Shown here: piece by piece, positions 36,936 to 49,221 of the stretch
Layout: each line of letters starts with the position of its first letter
How positions within the stretch are numbered: the first letter of the stretch is position 1
Assembly: GCA_964016885.1 (NCBI GenBank)
Contig: OZ024750.1
Span: forward strand, 54,188,001-54,252,000
Reading direction: 5' to 3'
Source: Eledone cirrhosa
Taxonomy: Eukaryota
Length of the DNA stretch: 64,000 bases
Notes under the pieces: model-generated
Database searches by the model: none
The model's input: the letters and a program-made list of their open reading frames with translations, nothing else
What the model was told of the DNA's origin: nothing
Position numbers and translations under genes: made by a program

Positions 36936-39069
36936 ATGTGTTCAGAATGAAACGGAGAACACTAGCCCTCACCATTCGTCTCCCTACCCCTCCCCATTTA
37001 TTCTTCCCAGTCTTAATACTCCACCCTCACCAACTAACTTTTTATTATTAAGCTGGTGTAGGGTGGGGGATTGGCAGTATTGGAAGCGCATCGGACAACA
37101 TTCTTTTCTGCATATAGTTACATCCCTTTATGTTCTAAATTCAAATCCCGTTGAGGTTAGCTTTGCCTTTCATCCTTATGGGATCAATAAAATAAAGTAC
37201 CAGTAACACACTGAGGTTGATTTAATCACCTTTTCCCTTCCCTTTAAATTGTTGGCCTTGTGCTGATATTTATAATGTGACTTAACAAAATTTCTTACAT
37301 AAAAATATGATAGAAAGTTTTAGATAAATACAAGTACTTTAAAACAAACAGATATCATAGAAACAGGGTTGGTTTCAGGCAGTTCAGCATCAAAAGTGTT
37401 AATAACACTCAGTTATACCTAGCATTTTTTTGGTTCGTTGATTCAAATGCTCTTTTTTCATGAAAGTTTTTCGATAAATGTAAATACTTTATAACAAGCA
37501 GTTTCATCTCATAAAAACAAACCAGTTTCAGGCAGATAATTGTTCATTTTTTTCAGCATCTAGTTTTGCAAGTTCTTCCAGGTTTGTTTTCTCCCATGGT
37601 CACAATAATCTGTGGGAATTCTATTTTGTTTAGACTGGTATTTGGTAGTTTAGTTAGTCCTGACTCATCTAACTTTTAGTTTTGTCTGTTTAGTCATGTT
37701 ATATACAAATTTTCTTTTCTAAGCTGCAAATTGGCTGTCAGACCAATGGTTCCCAATCTGAGGTCCATAAAAGTAAAAAAAAAAGGGAGGGGGGGTCATG
37801 AGCTCGGTTCAACATTTTAAAAGCATAATACACATGCATTTACGCTCACACACACACACACACACTGTTAGGTACTCATTCTTCTCTAAGTATAAAACTT
37901 CTCTCAATTATTACTATTGTTGTATAACAATCTAGGAGAGGAGTAATTCTGGCAGGGATTTTGTCCTGCACTATACTGCAGTGGTTGCCAACCTTTTAAA
38001 TACCACTGCAGTATAGTGCGGGACAAAATCCTGTATAGTATTTGTTCTTGTTCTTTATGCTCTGAATTCAAATGAAATTCAGAACATTTCTGGGAAAATG
38101 GTTATTATTTCAATCTATATAAATTATAAAATAACTAATGTAGATAGTAGTCAATAAAAAAACAAGAAACCAAACAGCCAAAAGGAGAGAAAGGGCAAAG
38201 ATTGTTAAGCAACAAAAGAAAGGAGGACAGGGAGAGGGTATGAGACTCTACACATAAATCAGTGCTATTTCGGCTGCATCCTGTGGATAAAATGGCAAAA
38301 GCATTGCCACAGACAATGGCCAGCGACACCCACTGCAACACTCCAGTGCAAAAAGGAAACGACCGTCAAGACCTCAAGCATCCTCCCACAAGGTGTGGAT
38401 GTCTGAGGTCTTGATAGCGACTGGTTATTTGCTTATCTCCAAGCAAAACCAACTGAACTCCTGTGGTTAGAATGTCTCAGGAAAGAATTATGGGGCAGAT
38501 TTTATGGGCAAAACCCACTGGTAGGAGATCCAGGAGTAGACCCTGAGCATGAAGCAAGATGGTTGTAGGTGTGCTTAGATAAAATTATGTCCAATTGGCA
38601 GAGTTGTTAGAGCATAGGATAAAATGTTGCAGTATTTGTTCTGGTTCTCTGCTCTCTGAGTTCAAATCCCACTGATGTCTCCTTTATCTTTTATTCTTTC
38701 ATGGTCAATAAAATAAAATACCAGTCTAGGGTAGTAGATTAGTGGAATTGTTCAAAGGTGTTGGACAAAATGCCTTGCTGTATCTGTTCTTTGCATTCTG
38801 AGTTCAAAGCCTGCTGTGGTCTACTTGGGTGGTAGACTTAATCCATTATTTTATTTAACACTATCAACTGACCTTTCAATGCTTTTAGTAGTGTCCTCTT
38901 TGTTGCAAGAATTTGGATTAGATTTTTGGCTTGAGGGTACCTTTTTCCCTCCTTCCCTAGAGTTTTGGGGGCCCTGAAAAGTATTATGGGCAATACCTTC
39001 TGTCCCTGACTAAATGGTAAAAAAAAATGTATTTTAAGGAGATTGTTTAACAATGTTTGTCTATTTCAG

Positions 39070-39231
39070 TAACTAACCAGGTGGCTCCTGCAGATTCCTA
39101 CATTGCTGTTCATTCCTCTGACGCTGTCAATCTTCGAACCAGTGACAAAGAATTCTACAATCGTCCAGCAGTTTCTGTTCCGTACTTTTTCAACTCCATT
39201 GTAAAGACAATTCCAAATATAACAGCATTAA
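39070..39231 (+). CDS. ACSBG2: ACSBG-like coding exon 3 (TNQVAPADSYIAVHSSDAVNLR...PNITAL)
   Basis: tttcag acceptor, gtaaga donor; resembles the ACSBG N-terminal region; phase 1/1. Confidence 0.85.
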
Positions 39232-40224
39232 GTAAGAGATGCAGCTATTTATGGATTTATTGCACATGAAAAGAAATAGTTTTAACCCTTTACCATTTAC
39301 ATTACTCTATATTTACTATTGTATTTCCACAGTAAAGACTTTACCTCACATAATATCAAATCTATGAGATTTTGATATTATTTATTTTGAGAACAATACC
39401 ATAACATCAGTATGAGTGGCCGGTTACAACCGGTTTGAACAGAAATAGGTGAGAGAATTGTGGCCAGATACGGCTGGTTTAAATGCTAAAGGGTTAACCC
39501 TTTCATGTATTTCTAGTGAAATATAGTCTATTTCAATTAATTAATGAAGAAATTTTAGGGATTTACTAAAAAAAACTTTTTCATTTCTAAAATAGTAACA
39601 ACATAAATTTATTCTCAGATATTTTTTAAAGTGATTTATTACTATTTCTATAGATTAATTACATTGGAAGATTTTAAATAGGATCCCTTTGAAATGGCTG
39701 ATTGTGTTTCATAGAACCAGAGTCGGTTTTGGCTGGGTTCGTATCAAAAGGGTTAAAAAATGTTTTTAAAACTTTGTTTCTGTGTATTTTGTTTAGAGCA
39801 GATATACTGTATCCCTGCTTATTGTAAGAGGTGACTATGAGAATTGGCACCAAAAAGAGTGTCTAACTGTAAAATGTTGCCTTAAAAAGACCCTATTTTC
39901 AATATGGTGTCTGCATGGCTAACCTCTGCTTTAGCAGGGCAAAATGGCCTTAAAATGCCTGTTGTCTTTAAAAGATTTGTTCTCAATTTAAAGAAGCTGA
40001 AAGCTGTTCCATTTCTTCTATGAGAGGAGAAATTCTTTCATAAAAGAAATGTAGACTAAATTTAACTTTGTTCTTGGTTATTTTTTAAAGTATTTTATTA
40101 TGATTTCTATAAATATCGATAGATTAAGTTGGCATTGAAAATATTTCAGTAACTCTGACAGTATTTATCAACTTCAATAATATATTTACTACTTGAATAA
40201 CTTTTCTAACCTTGTATTCCAAAG

Positions 40225-40310
40225 CTGTGAAACGAGACAATGTTTGGGTAAAGTGGTCCTACAAAGATTATCATGATGAAGTTTTATGTGTTGCTAAAGC
40301 TTTTATAAAG
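40225..40310 (+). CDS. ACSBG2: ACSBG-like coding exon 4 (VKRDNVWVKWSYKDYHDEVLCVAKAFIK)
   Basis: aag acceptor, gtgagc donor; W..W.Y..Y...AK.F.K pattern typical of ACSBG. Confidence 0.9.
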
Positions 40311-41004
40311 GTGAGCAGGGGTTACTAATGCCTTTATAAATGTGTGTGTGTGACTGAAGATTTTTGTGTGTATGTAAGTGAGGCTTTTCTAAGTGTGTGT
40401 GTGTGTGTGTCTGTCTGTGGCTGGTGCGTTTTTAAGTGTATGTGGCTGGTGTTTTTCTAAGTCTGTGTGTGTGTGTTAATACAGCATAGCTGTATTAAAA
40501 AGCTTGCTTCAAAGTCATGAGGGCTTGGATTCATTACCATTGCATAGTATCTTTGACAAATGTCTTTCACCATTGCTACAGGTTAATCCAAGCTTTGTCA
40601 CTGAAATTGTATCAGCCAACACTGCTTGGAAGCCCATAGGGCCAGCCTTATCACACACACTGTGACATATTGAAACTCTTTGAAAATTACATTGTGTATG
40701 TGTCTCTGTGGAATACTCAACCACTTGTTAATAGGTTGTCCCATTGATTGAACAACGAGGTGTATGTAAGTGTATATGGCAGATGCTTTTCTAAGTGTGT
40801 GTAGTTAAAGCCTTTCTAAGTGTGTGTATAGTTAAAGCCTTTCTAAGTGTGTGTGACAGCTTTTGTATATGTGTGGCTAAAGTCTGCGTGGCTAAAGTCT
40901 ATAAAATCTTGAGGAGATAAGGTGAGAACATTGTTTTTTGTAGAACAATAAAAACATTTGAATATTTTTTTTTAACTGTATATCTTTGTTTTTTTTTTTT
41001 TCAG

Positions 41005-41093
41005 TTGGGTTTACAGCCTCATAAAGGTGTTGGTATTCTAGGTTTCAACTCTCCAGAATGGTTAATTTCAAATTTAGCTGCAATCTATGCTGG
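41005..41093 (+). CDS. ACSBG2: ACSBG-like coding exon 5 (LGLQPHKGVGILGFNSPEWLISNLAAIYAG)
   Basis: poly-T + cag acceptor, gtaaat donor; GVGILGFNSPEW is a hallmark ACSBG motif. Confidence 0.95.
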
Positions 41094-41189
41094 GTAAATA
41101 TTTTAAGAAATAATTTTATGAAAAATATCTTTAACATAACTTTTTTTAATCAATTACCATATTATTAATGAAATAGACGCATCATCATC

Positions 41190-41560
41190 ATTTGGAGAGG
41201 TTCCTCTGAAGGGTCTTTGGAGTAACATTACTCGATAAAGTACATAGCTCAGAGATCAGTCACTCCAACTGCTCCTTCTCCAAATTGAGAGATCACAGCT
41301 CCGATACTAAGGGCATATAGTTAGAATATCTCGGGAAAGAATTGCTGGACAGATTTTATGGGCAAAACCAACAGGTAGGAGACCCAGAGGTAGACCCCGA
41401 GCAAGATGGTTGGATAACATCTATGAGCCTGGTTGGTCACGCTTGGGGATCCAGCCGGATCAGTTGGAGGTGGTTGCTTCTGACAGGACCCCCTGGAAGG
41501 AGTGTTTGAGGACTCTGCCCCCACGACCCTCTCGGAATAAGTGGGCGAAGAAAAGAAAGA
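41190..41560 (+). mobile_element. Rex3/Expander-like RTE 3' fragment; related piece at ~38380-38565
   Basis: GRRPRGRPRARW...WSRLGIQPDQLEVVASDR..W...L..LPPRP C-terminus. Confidence 0.6.
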
Positions 41561-42209
41561 TGATTAACCATTTTGATATCAACCCAGCCAAAACTGACTC
41601 TGAGTTTATGAAACAGAACCACCCATTTTAAAGGGTTCTTATTTAAATTAGGCGATGAATTGGCAGAATTGTTAGAATGTTGGATAGAATGGTGTCAATT
41701 CTTCCATCCATAATATCTCTCACATCTTCTCTTTCACTTTCTATCCTTCTCTGGAAGAAATTTGCTGTGTTCAGACCTGGAAATGCCATATGCCACTATG
41801 GCGCCCCTACAATTCCATCAGGAGTTACGGCACTATTTAAATTAAAATCTTCCAAGATAATTTTCCATAAAAACCATGTTACTTAGTAATGAAGTAATTG
41901 ATAATTTTAGTAAATCCCTCAAAATTCTTCATTAGTTAGAGTGTATTTCATTAGAAATAGTTATGAAGGGGTTATTTGTAGGATAACTTAACAAAAAGGT
42001 TCTTATATAAAATTATGTTGGAAGATATTAATTTATGAACCCTTTAAAATGGGTTGTTTCATACATAGTCTGTTTTGGGCAGGTTTGTAACAAAAAAGTT
42101 AAACTGATTTTTTTATTGTTATAGTACACTCATTGGACCTACAAAAGAATGAATTAATCTGTTTTTAGAATATTTTGTTTACATTATACTTATACTTTTC
42201 CAATTCTAG

Positions 42210-42411
42210 TGGTATATCAGTTGGAATATACACAACAAACACAGCAGAAGCTTGTGCATTTGTGGCCAAGGATAGCAATACAAATATCATGATTGTAGAA
42301 AACCATCAACAATTACAGAAGATTCTAGAAGTACAAGACAATTTGCCTGACTTAAAGGCAATAGTAGTTTATAGTGGAGAGGTTGCTGTCAAGGAGCCCA
42401 ATATCTATTCG
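42210..42411 (+). CDS. ACSBG2: ACSBG-like coding exon 6 (GISVGIYTTNTAEAC...LKAIVVY...NIYS)
   Basis: tag acceptor, gtaaga donor; GIYTTN, VEN..QL.KI and LKAIV motifs. Confidence 0.95.
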
Positions 42412-43241
42412 GTAAGATGTCAAGACTTCCATTTTCTTATCTTTTTAATGGTTCGGTCTAAATCAATGGTCCCCAAATTTATTTTGTTGTGGAAGCCTTG
42501 TATAATTTTTCAAAAATAAATATTTTATTAATTTTAATAAGACATTGAATGAAACAAAAATTGTTTTAGAGAGGATTTACTTATATAAGAAACAAAATTA
42601 AAAAAAAACATTTATATAACCTTTATTAAAAGACACTTTATTTCACAGAATCCCCAGAATATTTTCAAAAAGCAGATTGGAATAACCATAATCTAGAGCA
42701 GTGGTGGGAACCTGTTCAATCTGAAAAACCGTTTTTAGCTTAAAGAAAATAATTGAGACTATAGGAGACATAATTTATTACAAACAAAAATAGATATTTG
42801 AAAACATGAATTTAGCTTTTTTCTTACTTGAAATTATTTCAATGTCCCAATCATATGCTGTGCCTTTTATTTTAACACAATATGGCAGATTTAATAAGAT
42901 ATTAAAACAAATTTCTGACTACCTAGGAGCCACACAAAGTTAAATAACCAAAAAGGTCTCCACATCTGCAGATTTCTGACTCCAAAAGTTGTTCTTTTAC
43001 TAGTTTCATTCATGATCTGTGGTCATGCTATGATACCACCCTCAAGTTTATCATATTGACCCCACTACTTTTTACCGTCAGGTACTTATTCTCTATCCTG
43101 GACAGCAACTGCTTGTACATTGGTGTTTCCCTGAGGCTCAGCCTCACAAATGCCGCTACGATACCATTGTGGATTCTTTTGATCTCTACCCACTGTCATG
43201 CCATTACAGTGCTGGCTGCTTCCCACACCATACTGTTCTCA

Positions 43242-46200
43242 ATCATCATCATCATTTTACGTCCGCTTTTCCCTGCTTGCAAGGGTGGGACGGGTCTTAT
43301 TCAGCACAGCATCTCTCCACTCGTCACGGTCCCTCGTCATCTCCACCGTGAGCTTCAATGATCTGAGGTCTGTTCTCACCACCTCCGCCCATGTTTTTCG
43401 TGGTCTACCTCTACCACGTCTTCCTTCAACTGGCATTTCCTGGCACTTCTTCACCCATCGGTCATCCTCCATGCGCATCACATGTCCATACCACCTCAGT
43501 CTCCTCTCCCGTACACTACATTCTATCCCTCTCAGACACAGTTTCTCTCTCAACACATTTATGCTGGGTCGTTCACGCACATTTACACTGCACATCCAAC
43601 GGAGCATGCTTGCCTCATTTCTCTCCAGCCGTTGCATATCTTCTGCGGTTGCTGCCCATGTCTCACTACCATGCAGCATCGCGCTCCTCACACAGGCATC
43701 ATACAACCGGCCTTTCGTACGCAGGGAGAAACCCTTCTTCGTCAACAGAGGAAGCAGCTCCCTAAACTTCTTCCAACCCGTCCTTATTCTAGATACTATG
43801 GCCTCGGAACACCCTCCTCCCATGCTAATCTGATCTCCTAGGTACCGGAAGCTATCCACCACTTCTATAGCGCCCTCTCGCATTTGAAAAATGTGTCTAT
43901 CAGTGCGACTTCTACTGTCTAATTTCCCTGTACATCTACTGCATACATATTTCTCCCTATCTGTTAGTTTGCCTGCTATCCCGCTATATCTCTTGTGTAC
44001 CCAGGACCTACATTGTGTGCATTTTATAGAATTTATGCCAGTTCCTTTTCTGCATATCGAACATGGCCATTTCCCTGACGGAATCAGGGTTTTGTCCTCT
44101 TTTCTACTCATCAACACTTTTGTCTTAGCTAGATTTACTCTCAGTCCTCTTGCTTCCAACTGCTGTTTCCATAGCCGGAATTTATTCTCTAGCTCCTCTA
44201 CTGATTCTGCCATAAGAGCCAGATCGTCAGCATAGAGAAGTTCCCATGGACAGCCAGTCTTAAACTCCTCTGTTATGGCTTGGAGGACTATAATGAACAA
44301 GAGCGGGCTGAGGACCGAACCCTGATGTACTCCTACTTGTATCTGGAATTCCTCACTAAACTCCATTCCTACCCTGACTTTACTGAGAGTACCTCTGTAC
44401 AAAGTTTGCACTGTCCTTACAAGCCATTCCTCAACACCCAGCTTCCTTAGGGACCACCAGATGACAGATCGGGGTACCCTATCAAAGGCCTTCTCTAGGT
44501 CAACAAAGGCTAAGTATAGTGGCTTATTCTTCTCTAAGAACCTCTCTTGCATTTGTCTCACCAAGAATAGGGCATCTGTTGTACTCTTCCCAGGCACAAA
44601 ACCAAACTGCATCTCATCTAGTTTGACCCTTTCTCTAATTAGTTGTGCTAAAATCCTTTCTGCCACTTTCATAACCTGATCTATCAGTTTTATACCCCTA
44701 TAATTGCTCCTCTCCAAAGCATCCCCTTTACCTTTGTAGCAATTTATGAGAATACTGCTGCACCAGTCTTTGGGTATGACACCACCATATATAGCCTGAT
44801 TGATTATGCGTGCAACCAGTTTAGTGCCTACGTCCCCTGATGCCTTCAGCATCTCAGCAACTATTCCCGATGGTCCGGCCGCCTTACCATTTTTCATTTC
44901 CCTAATCGCCTCTTGGACCCTATATTCGTCAATCTCAATAGCTGGTCCCTCTGTCGGATCTACCAAGGGTAATTTCTCTCTCTCCCATTCGTTCTCCACA
45001 TTCATCAGTCTCTCATAATGACATTTCCAGGCCTCCTTTTTCTGGTCATTCGTGACACTAAGTACACCGGCATCATCCCGGACACATTTATCACCAACAA
45101 CATCCTGATTTGCATTGACACACTGCCTTGCAATGTGGAACACCGCACGCCTCTGATCTTCCCGTCGCAGAACATTGGCAAACCTCCTACTCTCTGCCTC
45201 CCTGCGTGCTAAGTACACCTGACGTCTAGCTTCTCTCTTAGTGGCTGTATATTCTTCCCTACTCCCACCCTTTTTCCAAGCCTTCCATGCTAGTCTTTTG
45301 TCTCTAATAGCCTTATCTACACTGCTGTTCCACCACCAGGTCACTCTCTGTCTGGTTGGAGCTCTGCTCCAGCCACAGGTTTCATCAGTAGCCTTCAGCA
45401 AGTTGTCACGTAAGAACTTCCAGTTATTATCTATGTCATACGTCTCTAAATCGTCTTCTTTTTCGTCATATACATCTTGAAGGGCTTTCCTAAATTTGAA
45501 TTTTAGTGAAAGGTCTTTTAGCTTCCAGACCTTTCTTCTCCACACCTTCCTATATGTCTCATTCCATCTCTTGCTTACTGAGATATCACTAACAACTAAC
45601 CTATGCTGTGGGGTACATTCTTCCCCAGGGTATGCCTTGGTATTAGACACTATCTGCCTGTCCCGCTGCCTAACTAGCAGGAAGTCAATCTGGCTTATGT
45701 GCTCACCAGATTTGTAGGTTATTAGGTGATTGGCAGGTTTCTGGAAGTTTGTGTTGCAAATAGTCAATGTACTTGCATCACAAAATTCAAGAAGTCTCAC
45801 TCCTTCTTCATTTCTTGAACCGTAACCGTGCCCACCATGTACCCCAGTGTAACCATCCTGGAGCTGTCCAACATGACCATTGAAGTCTCCTGCTAGCATA
45901 ACGATGTCTCCGTCCTCTGTCATTGTGGTTGTTTGCAAAAGTTGCTCATAAAAGCAGTCTTTCTCATCTTTGCCTAGGCCTGCTTGGGGAGCATAGACCG
46001 AGATGATTGTCAGTAGTCTCCTACCTACAACTAATCTAAGCTTAATTATTCGATTACTAACTCGAACTACCTCTATTGTCTTATTGATCCATTTCTCAGC
46101 CAGGAAAATGCCTACTCCCCCTAACCCATCATCCTTACCTACCCAGAATAGCTTATAGCTAAGACGCTTGCCTACGACTAGTCTCGCAGAGGCACCTCTC

Positions 46201-46514
46201 CATCTCACCTCTTGCACGCAGCACACATCCACCTGCCTTCTCTCCAGCATCTCCGCTATTTCAGCAGATCTACTTCTGAGAGTGCCAACATTAAGTGTTG
46301 CAACTCTGAGATGCGACGTCTTCATATTTTTCTATGCTGTTTTGTTGCTGTGCTGATAAGCTTTTTGGCATTGATACACTGGTTGGATGCCCTTCCTAAC
46401 ACCAGCGCCACTTTACAGCATGGACTGGGTGCTTTTATTTGTGCCACCAGCACTAGAGAGGGTGTCTTACTAGACTCAAGGGCCCTCTCTACCCCTCCAT
46501 TTTACAGCATGGTC

Positions 46515-46515
<1 letters not shown>
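43242..46515 (-). mobile_element. Apparently full-length RTE-clade LINE, antisense in ACSBG intron 6
   Basis: Uninterrupted ORF; (GAT)n tail at ~43242-43255; upstream UTR containing the aggaagggcatcc module. The 5' boundary is uncertain and no TSD was found. Confidence 0.92.
43257..46325 (-). CDS. RTE LINE ORF: APE endonuclease + reverse transcriptase + Cys-rich finger, 1022 aa
   Basis: TLNVGT, VQEVRW, GDFNGH, SQIDF, PQHRLV (APE); FVDLEKAFD, QGSVLSP, YADD (RT); CSIC...CTQC..WVH...CSRC. Confidence 0.95.
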   Translation of the reverse strand: MKTSHLRVATLNVGTLRSRSAEIAEMLERRQVDVCCVQEVRWRGASARLVVGKRLSYKLFWVGKDDGLGGVGIFLAEKWINKTIEVVRVSNRIIKLRLVVGRRLLTIISVYAPQAGLGKDEKDCFYEQLLQTTTMTEDGDIVMLAGDFNGHVGQLQDGYTGVHGGHGYGSRNEEGVRLLEFCDASTLTICNTNFQKPANHLITYKSGEHISQIDFLLVRQRDRQIVSNTKAYPGEECTPQHRLVVSDISVSKRWNETYRKVWRRKVWKLKDLSLKFKFRKALQDVYDEKEDDLETYDIDNNWKFLRDNLLKATDETCGWSRAPTRQRVTWWWNSSVDKAIRDKRLAWKAWKKGGSREEYTATKREARRQVYLARREAESRRFANVLRREDQRRAVFHIARQCVNANQDVVGDKCVRDDAGVLSVTNDQKKEAWKCHYERLMNVENEWEREKLPLVDPTEGPAIEIDEYRVQEAIREMKNGKAAGPSGIVAEMLKASGDVGTKLVARIINQAIYGGVIPKDWCSSILINCYKGKGDALERSNYRGIKLIDQVMKVAERILAQLIRERVKLDEMQFGFVPGKSTTDALFLVRQMQERFLEKNKPLYLAFVDLEKAFDRVPRSVIWWSLRKLGVEEWLVRTVQTLYRGTLSKVRVGMEFSEEFQIQVGVHQGSVLSPLLFIIVLQAITEEFKTGCPWELLYADDLALMAESVEELENKFRLWKQQLEARGLRVNLAKTKVLMSRKEDKTLIPSGKWPCSICRKGTGINSIKCTQCRSWVHKRYSGIAGKLTDREKYVCSRCTGKLDSRSRTDRHIFQMREGAIEVVDSFRYLGDQISMGGGCSEAIVSRIRTGWKKFRELLPLLTKKGFSLRTKGRLYDACVRSAMLHGSETWAATAEDMQRLERNEASMLRWMCSVNVRERPSINVLREKLCLRGIECSVRERRLRWYGHVMRMEDDRWVKKCQEMPVEGRRGRGRPRKTWAEVVRTDLRSLKLTVEMTRDRDEWRDAVLNKTRPTLASREKRT

Positions 46516-46545
<30 letters not shown>

Positions 46546-46779
46546 TATTGACACGACTCACACACTAATACTCATGCATACAAACCACAACCACACATAC
46601 CAACACTCATTCATGCATACAATCACGCACACCACTCACAAACACATATCTATATATACATATATTACCGACAGTACTGATACAAAATCAAAATCAAAGT
46701 CAAAATCGTCAAAATCACTATCATGTCAACTGTTGACCTTTCCCAGTCCAGTTCGGCTTGTATATAATAACAATAACAA

Positions 46780-47105
46780 TAATAATTGTTTGTTTACGCT
46801 GGTAATGGCGGTGGTGGATGGTGTCAGTGTGGTGGTGGTGGATGGTATCAGTGTGGTGGTGGTGGATGGTCAGTGATGGTGGTGGCAGTTGTTGGTGCTG
46901 TAGTTGTTATTGTAGTTGTTACTGTTGTTGTCCTTCATTTCACTGCTGCTGTTGCTGCAGACAATGGTGTTGATGCTGTTATTGCTGTCGCATATATACA
47001 AATACATACGCACACATTCAACACAGACGATGGTGTTGTTGCTGTTGTTGTTGTTGTTGTTGTTGGTGGTGTTGCTGCTGTTGTTGTTGTAGTTGTTGCT
47101 GTGTT
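46780..47105. repeat. Compound (AAC/AAT), (GGT)n and (GTT)n microsatellite tract
   Basis: Direct inspection. Confidence 0.9.
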
Positions 47106-47204
47106 GAAATGTTGAAATCTGGTCGCATCCACTGAGATATACATATACACACACATACACATATGTATATACACATACATACATCAACAATATCATAAAG
47201 TATG

Positions 47205-47615
47205 GCACAGACTTCCCTTCCCTGCTGAAGCCAGCAGGGCTGGACAGCAAAAGGCCAGATGGCATGGCAGTCTTCCCGTTCTGTTAGGGTAGGCCCCTCA
47301 TCTGGTATCCCATATGCTGTATCACCTACTCATGTGACAAACTGGTGCATTTGGCCACCAGCTCAAGTTCTGCTGCCTGCTAAGCTGAAGAGATCAAACT
47401 GTCCAAGTATCAGTCACTCTCAGATAGGTTTGTGGTAGAGCCTGTAGCAGTGGAGAGTTCTGGTATTCTTGGCTCTTGGATCACATCCCTACTCACTGCT
47501 AACGGAGAAGAGCTGGTCAGCTGCAGATGCGAGTCCTATGAAGTGGAATGGCTGTTCCAGCACGTCTCCCTCACCATCCTCCAGGGCAGTGTATTCTCCA
47601 TCCTGTTAACTGGGA
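47205..47615 (+). mobile_element. CRE-like RLE non-LTR fragment
   Basis: PAGLD.KRPDG..VFPF..G.PLIW-like frame, homologous to the 4475-6080 arms. Confidence 0.6.
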
Positions 47616-48637
47616 CCCAAAGATGGATGGTAAGTTATTTGGTAGTGGAGGATATTCGTTCGGACGTCACTTTCACTCATATTTTAAAAATAGAAGCACC
47701 AAAATTAAATTATGTCCAAATTCTTTTAACATAGAAAAAAAAAAAAAATTATCAAATCAATGTTATATTTTTGTCAGAAAGGTAACATGACATGCTGGTT
47801 TATAGCAAGAAATAAATGGAAGTTTCCATGCAGTTTCTGTTGACCAAATATCGCTCACAGGCTATTATTGATCTTTCTAAGGCTACAATATAAGACAAGG
47901 TGTTACACAGTGGAATCGAACCCAGAGCTACGTGGTTGCAAGTTAACTACATGGCTTTGTTTTCATGTGTGTGTGTGTGTGTGAGGGAGAGAATGTGCAT
48001 GCATGTGTGTGGTTGCAGGCATGGTTAGGTTAAGAAGTTTGCCGCCCTGAGGTTCCAGATTTCATCCTACTGCATGGCATCTTGGACAATTGTTTTTACT
48101 ATAAACTTGGGTCAGCCCAAGTCGTGTGAGTGAAGTAGACGGTACCTATATGGAAGACCTTCAGATGGATTGGACCAGTAATTCAATGGTCCAGCCTTGT
48201 CACACTCTGTACCACACTAATTCTGTTTAGGAAATATGTTAAAGGTAAGTATGTCAGTGGAATACTCAGCCACTTGATCTAACAAATCAGATGCTCAATT
48301 GATCAAATAACTGAATGCTCATTGTTGAAACTCTTGGAAGATCCAGACAGGTAATTCTCATCTGTTGAGTTAATATTAATTACAGCCAGGTAATTGGCAG
48401 TATCGGTAGAGGGTTGGACGCCATGCTTTCTAGCATAGTTACATCCCTTTACGGTCTGAGTTCAAATCCCGTTGAGGTTAACTTTGCCTTTCATCCTTAC
48501 GGGGTCGATAAAATAAAGTACCAGTAATGTACTGGGTAATTGCTGGCCTTGTGCCAAAAAGTAGAAACAATTAATTACAACCAGGTAATTCTCACCTGTT
48601 GAGCCAATATTAATGATTTTTCTTCATTTTTTTTCAG

Positions 48638-48739
48638 TGGGAAGAGTTGAAAAAAATTGGTAACGAACAACCAATGTCCATTGTATATGAAAGACTTCAG
48701 AATATTAATCCAAATAAATGTTGTCTACTTATTTATACA
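48638..48739 (+). CDS. ACSBG2: ACSBG-like coding exon 7 (WEELKKIGN...PNKCCLLIYT)
   Basis: poly-T + cag acceptor, gtaagt donor; PN.CC.LIYT is the first half of the AMP-binding signature. Confidence 0.95.
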
Positions 48740-49035
48740 GTAAGTTTGAATTGATCATGGTTTAACAAATATGTATATTCACATCGATTTATTTACACTA
48801 AAAATTTCATTACTATATCACTAGATGGGTCTATGTTAATAATTATCATGTCTGTCTATTTATGTCAATATATTTACACTGTACGTGTACCCAAGAGAGA
48901 GATTTGAAGGAGAGCAGTGATCAAGAGATTGAATGTGGAGAGAATATGAATTAAGAAGGAAGAAATTGTCAAAAAATATTTGGTGGCTTTACTTTTGAGT
49001 GTTTAACTTTTAATATATTTTCTTTTATTTTGTAG

Positions 49036-49083
49036 AGTGGAACAACAGGTGACCCAAAAGGTGTAATGATTAGCCATGACAAT
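49036..49083 (+). CDS. ACSBG2: ACSBG-like coding exon 8 (SGTTGDPKGVMISHDN); gene continues beyond the window
   Basis: tgtag acceptor, gtaaga donor; SGTTG.PKGVM.SHDN P-loop of ANL-superfamily adenylating enzymes. Confidence 0.95.
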
Positions 49084-49221
49084 GTAAGATTTTTTTCTTA
49101 TTGTAAACTTAACTTTTTCTTACCATATATGTGTTTTCAATCTGTCTGTCCATATATGGCATGGTTGGGCAAGTCATTACTGACGAAGGTAGTACTTACC
49201 AAAGCTAATGTTCTCTTTATT

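Noticed and set aside
43391-46356. Plus-strand ORFs overlapping the RTE
   Set aside because: Antisense shadows of the LINE ORF
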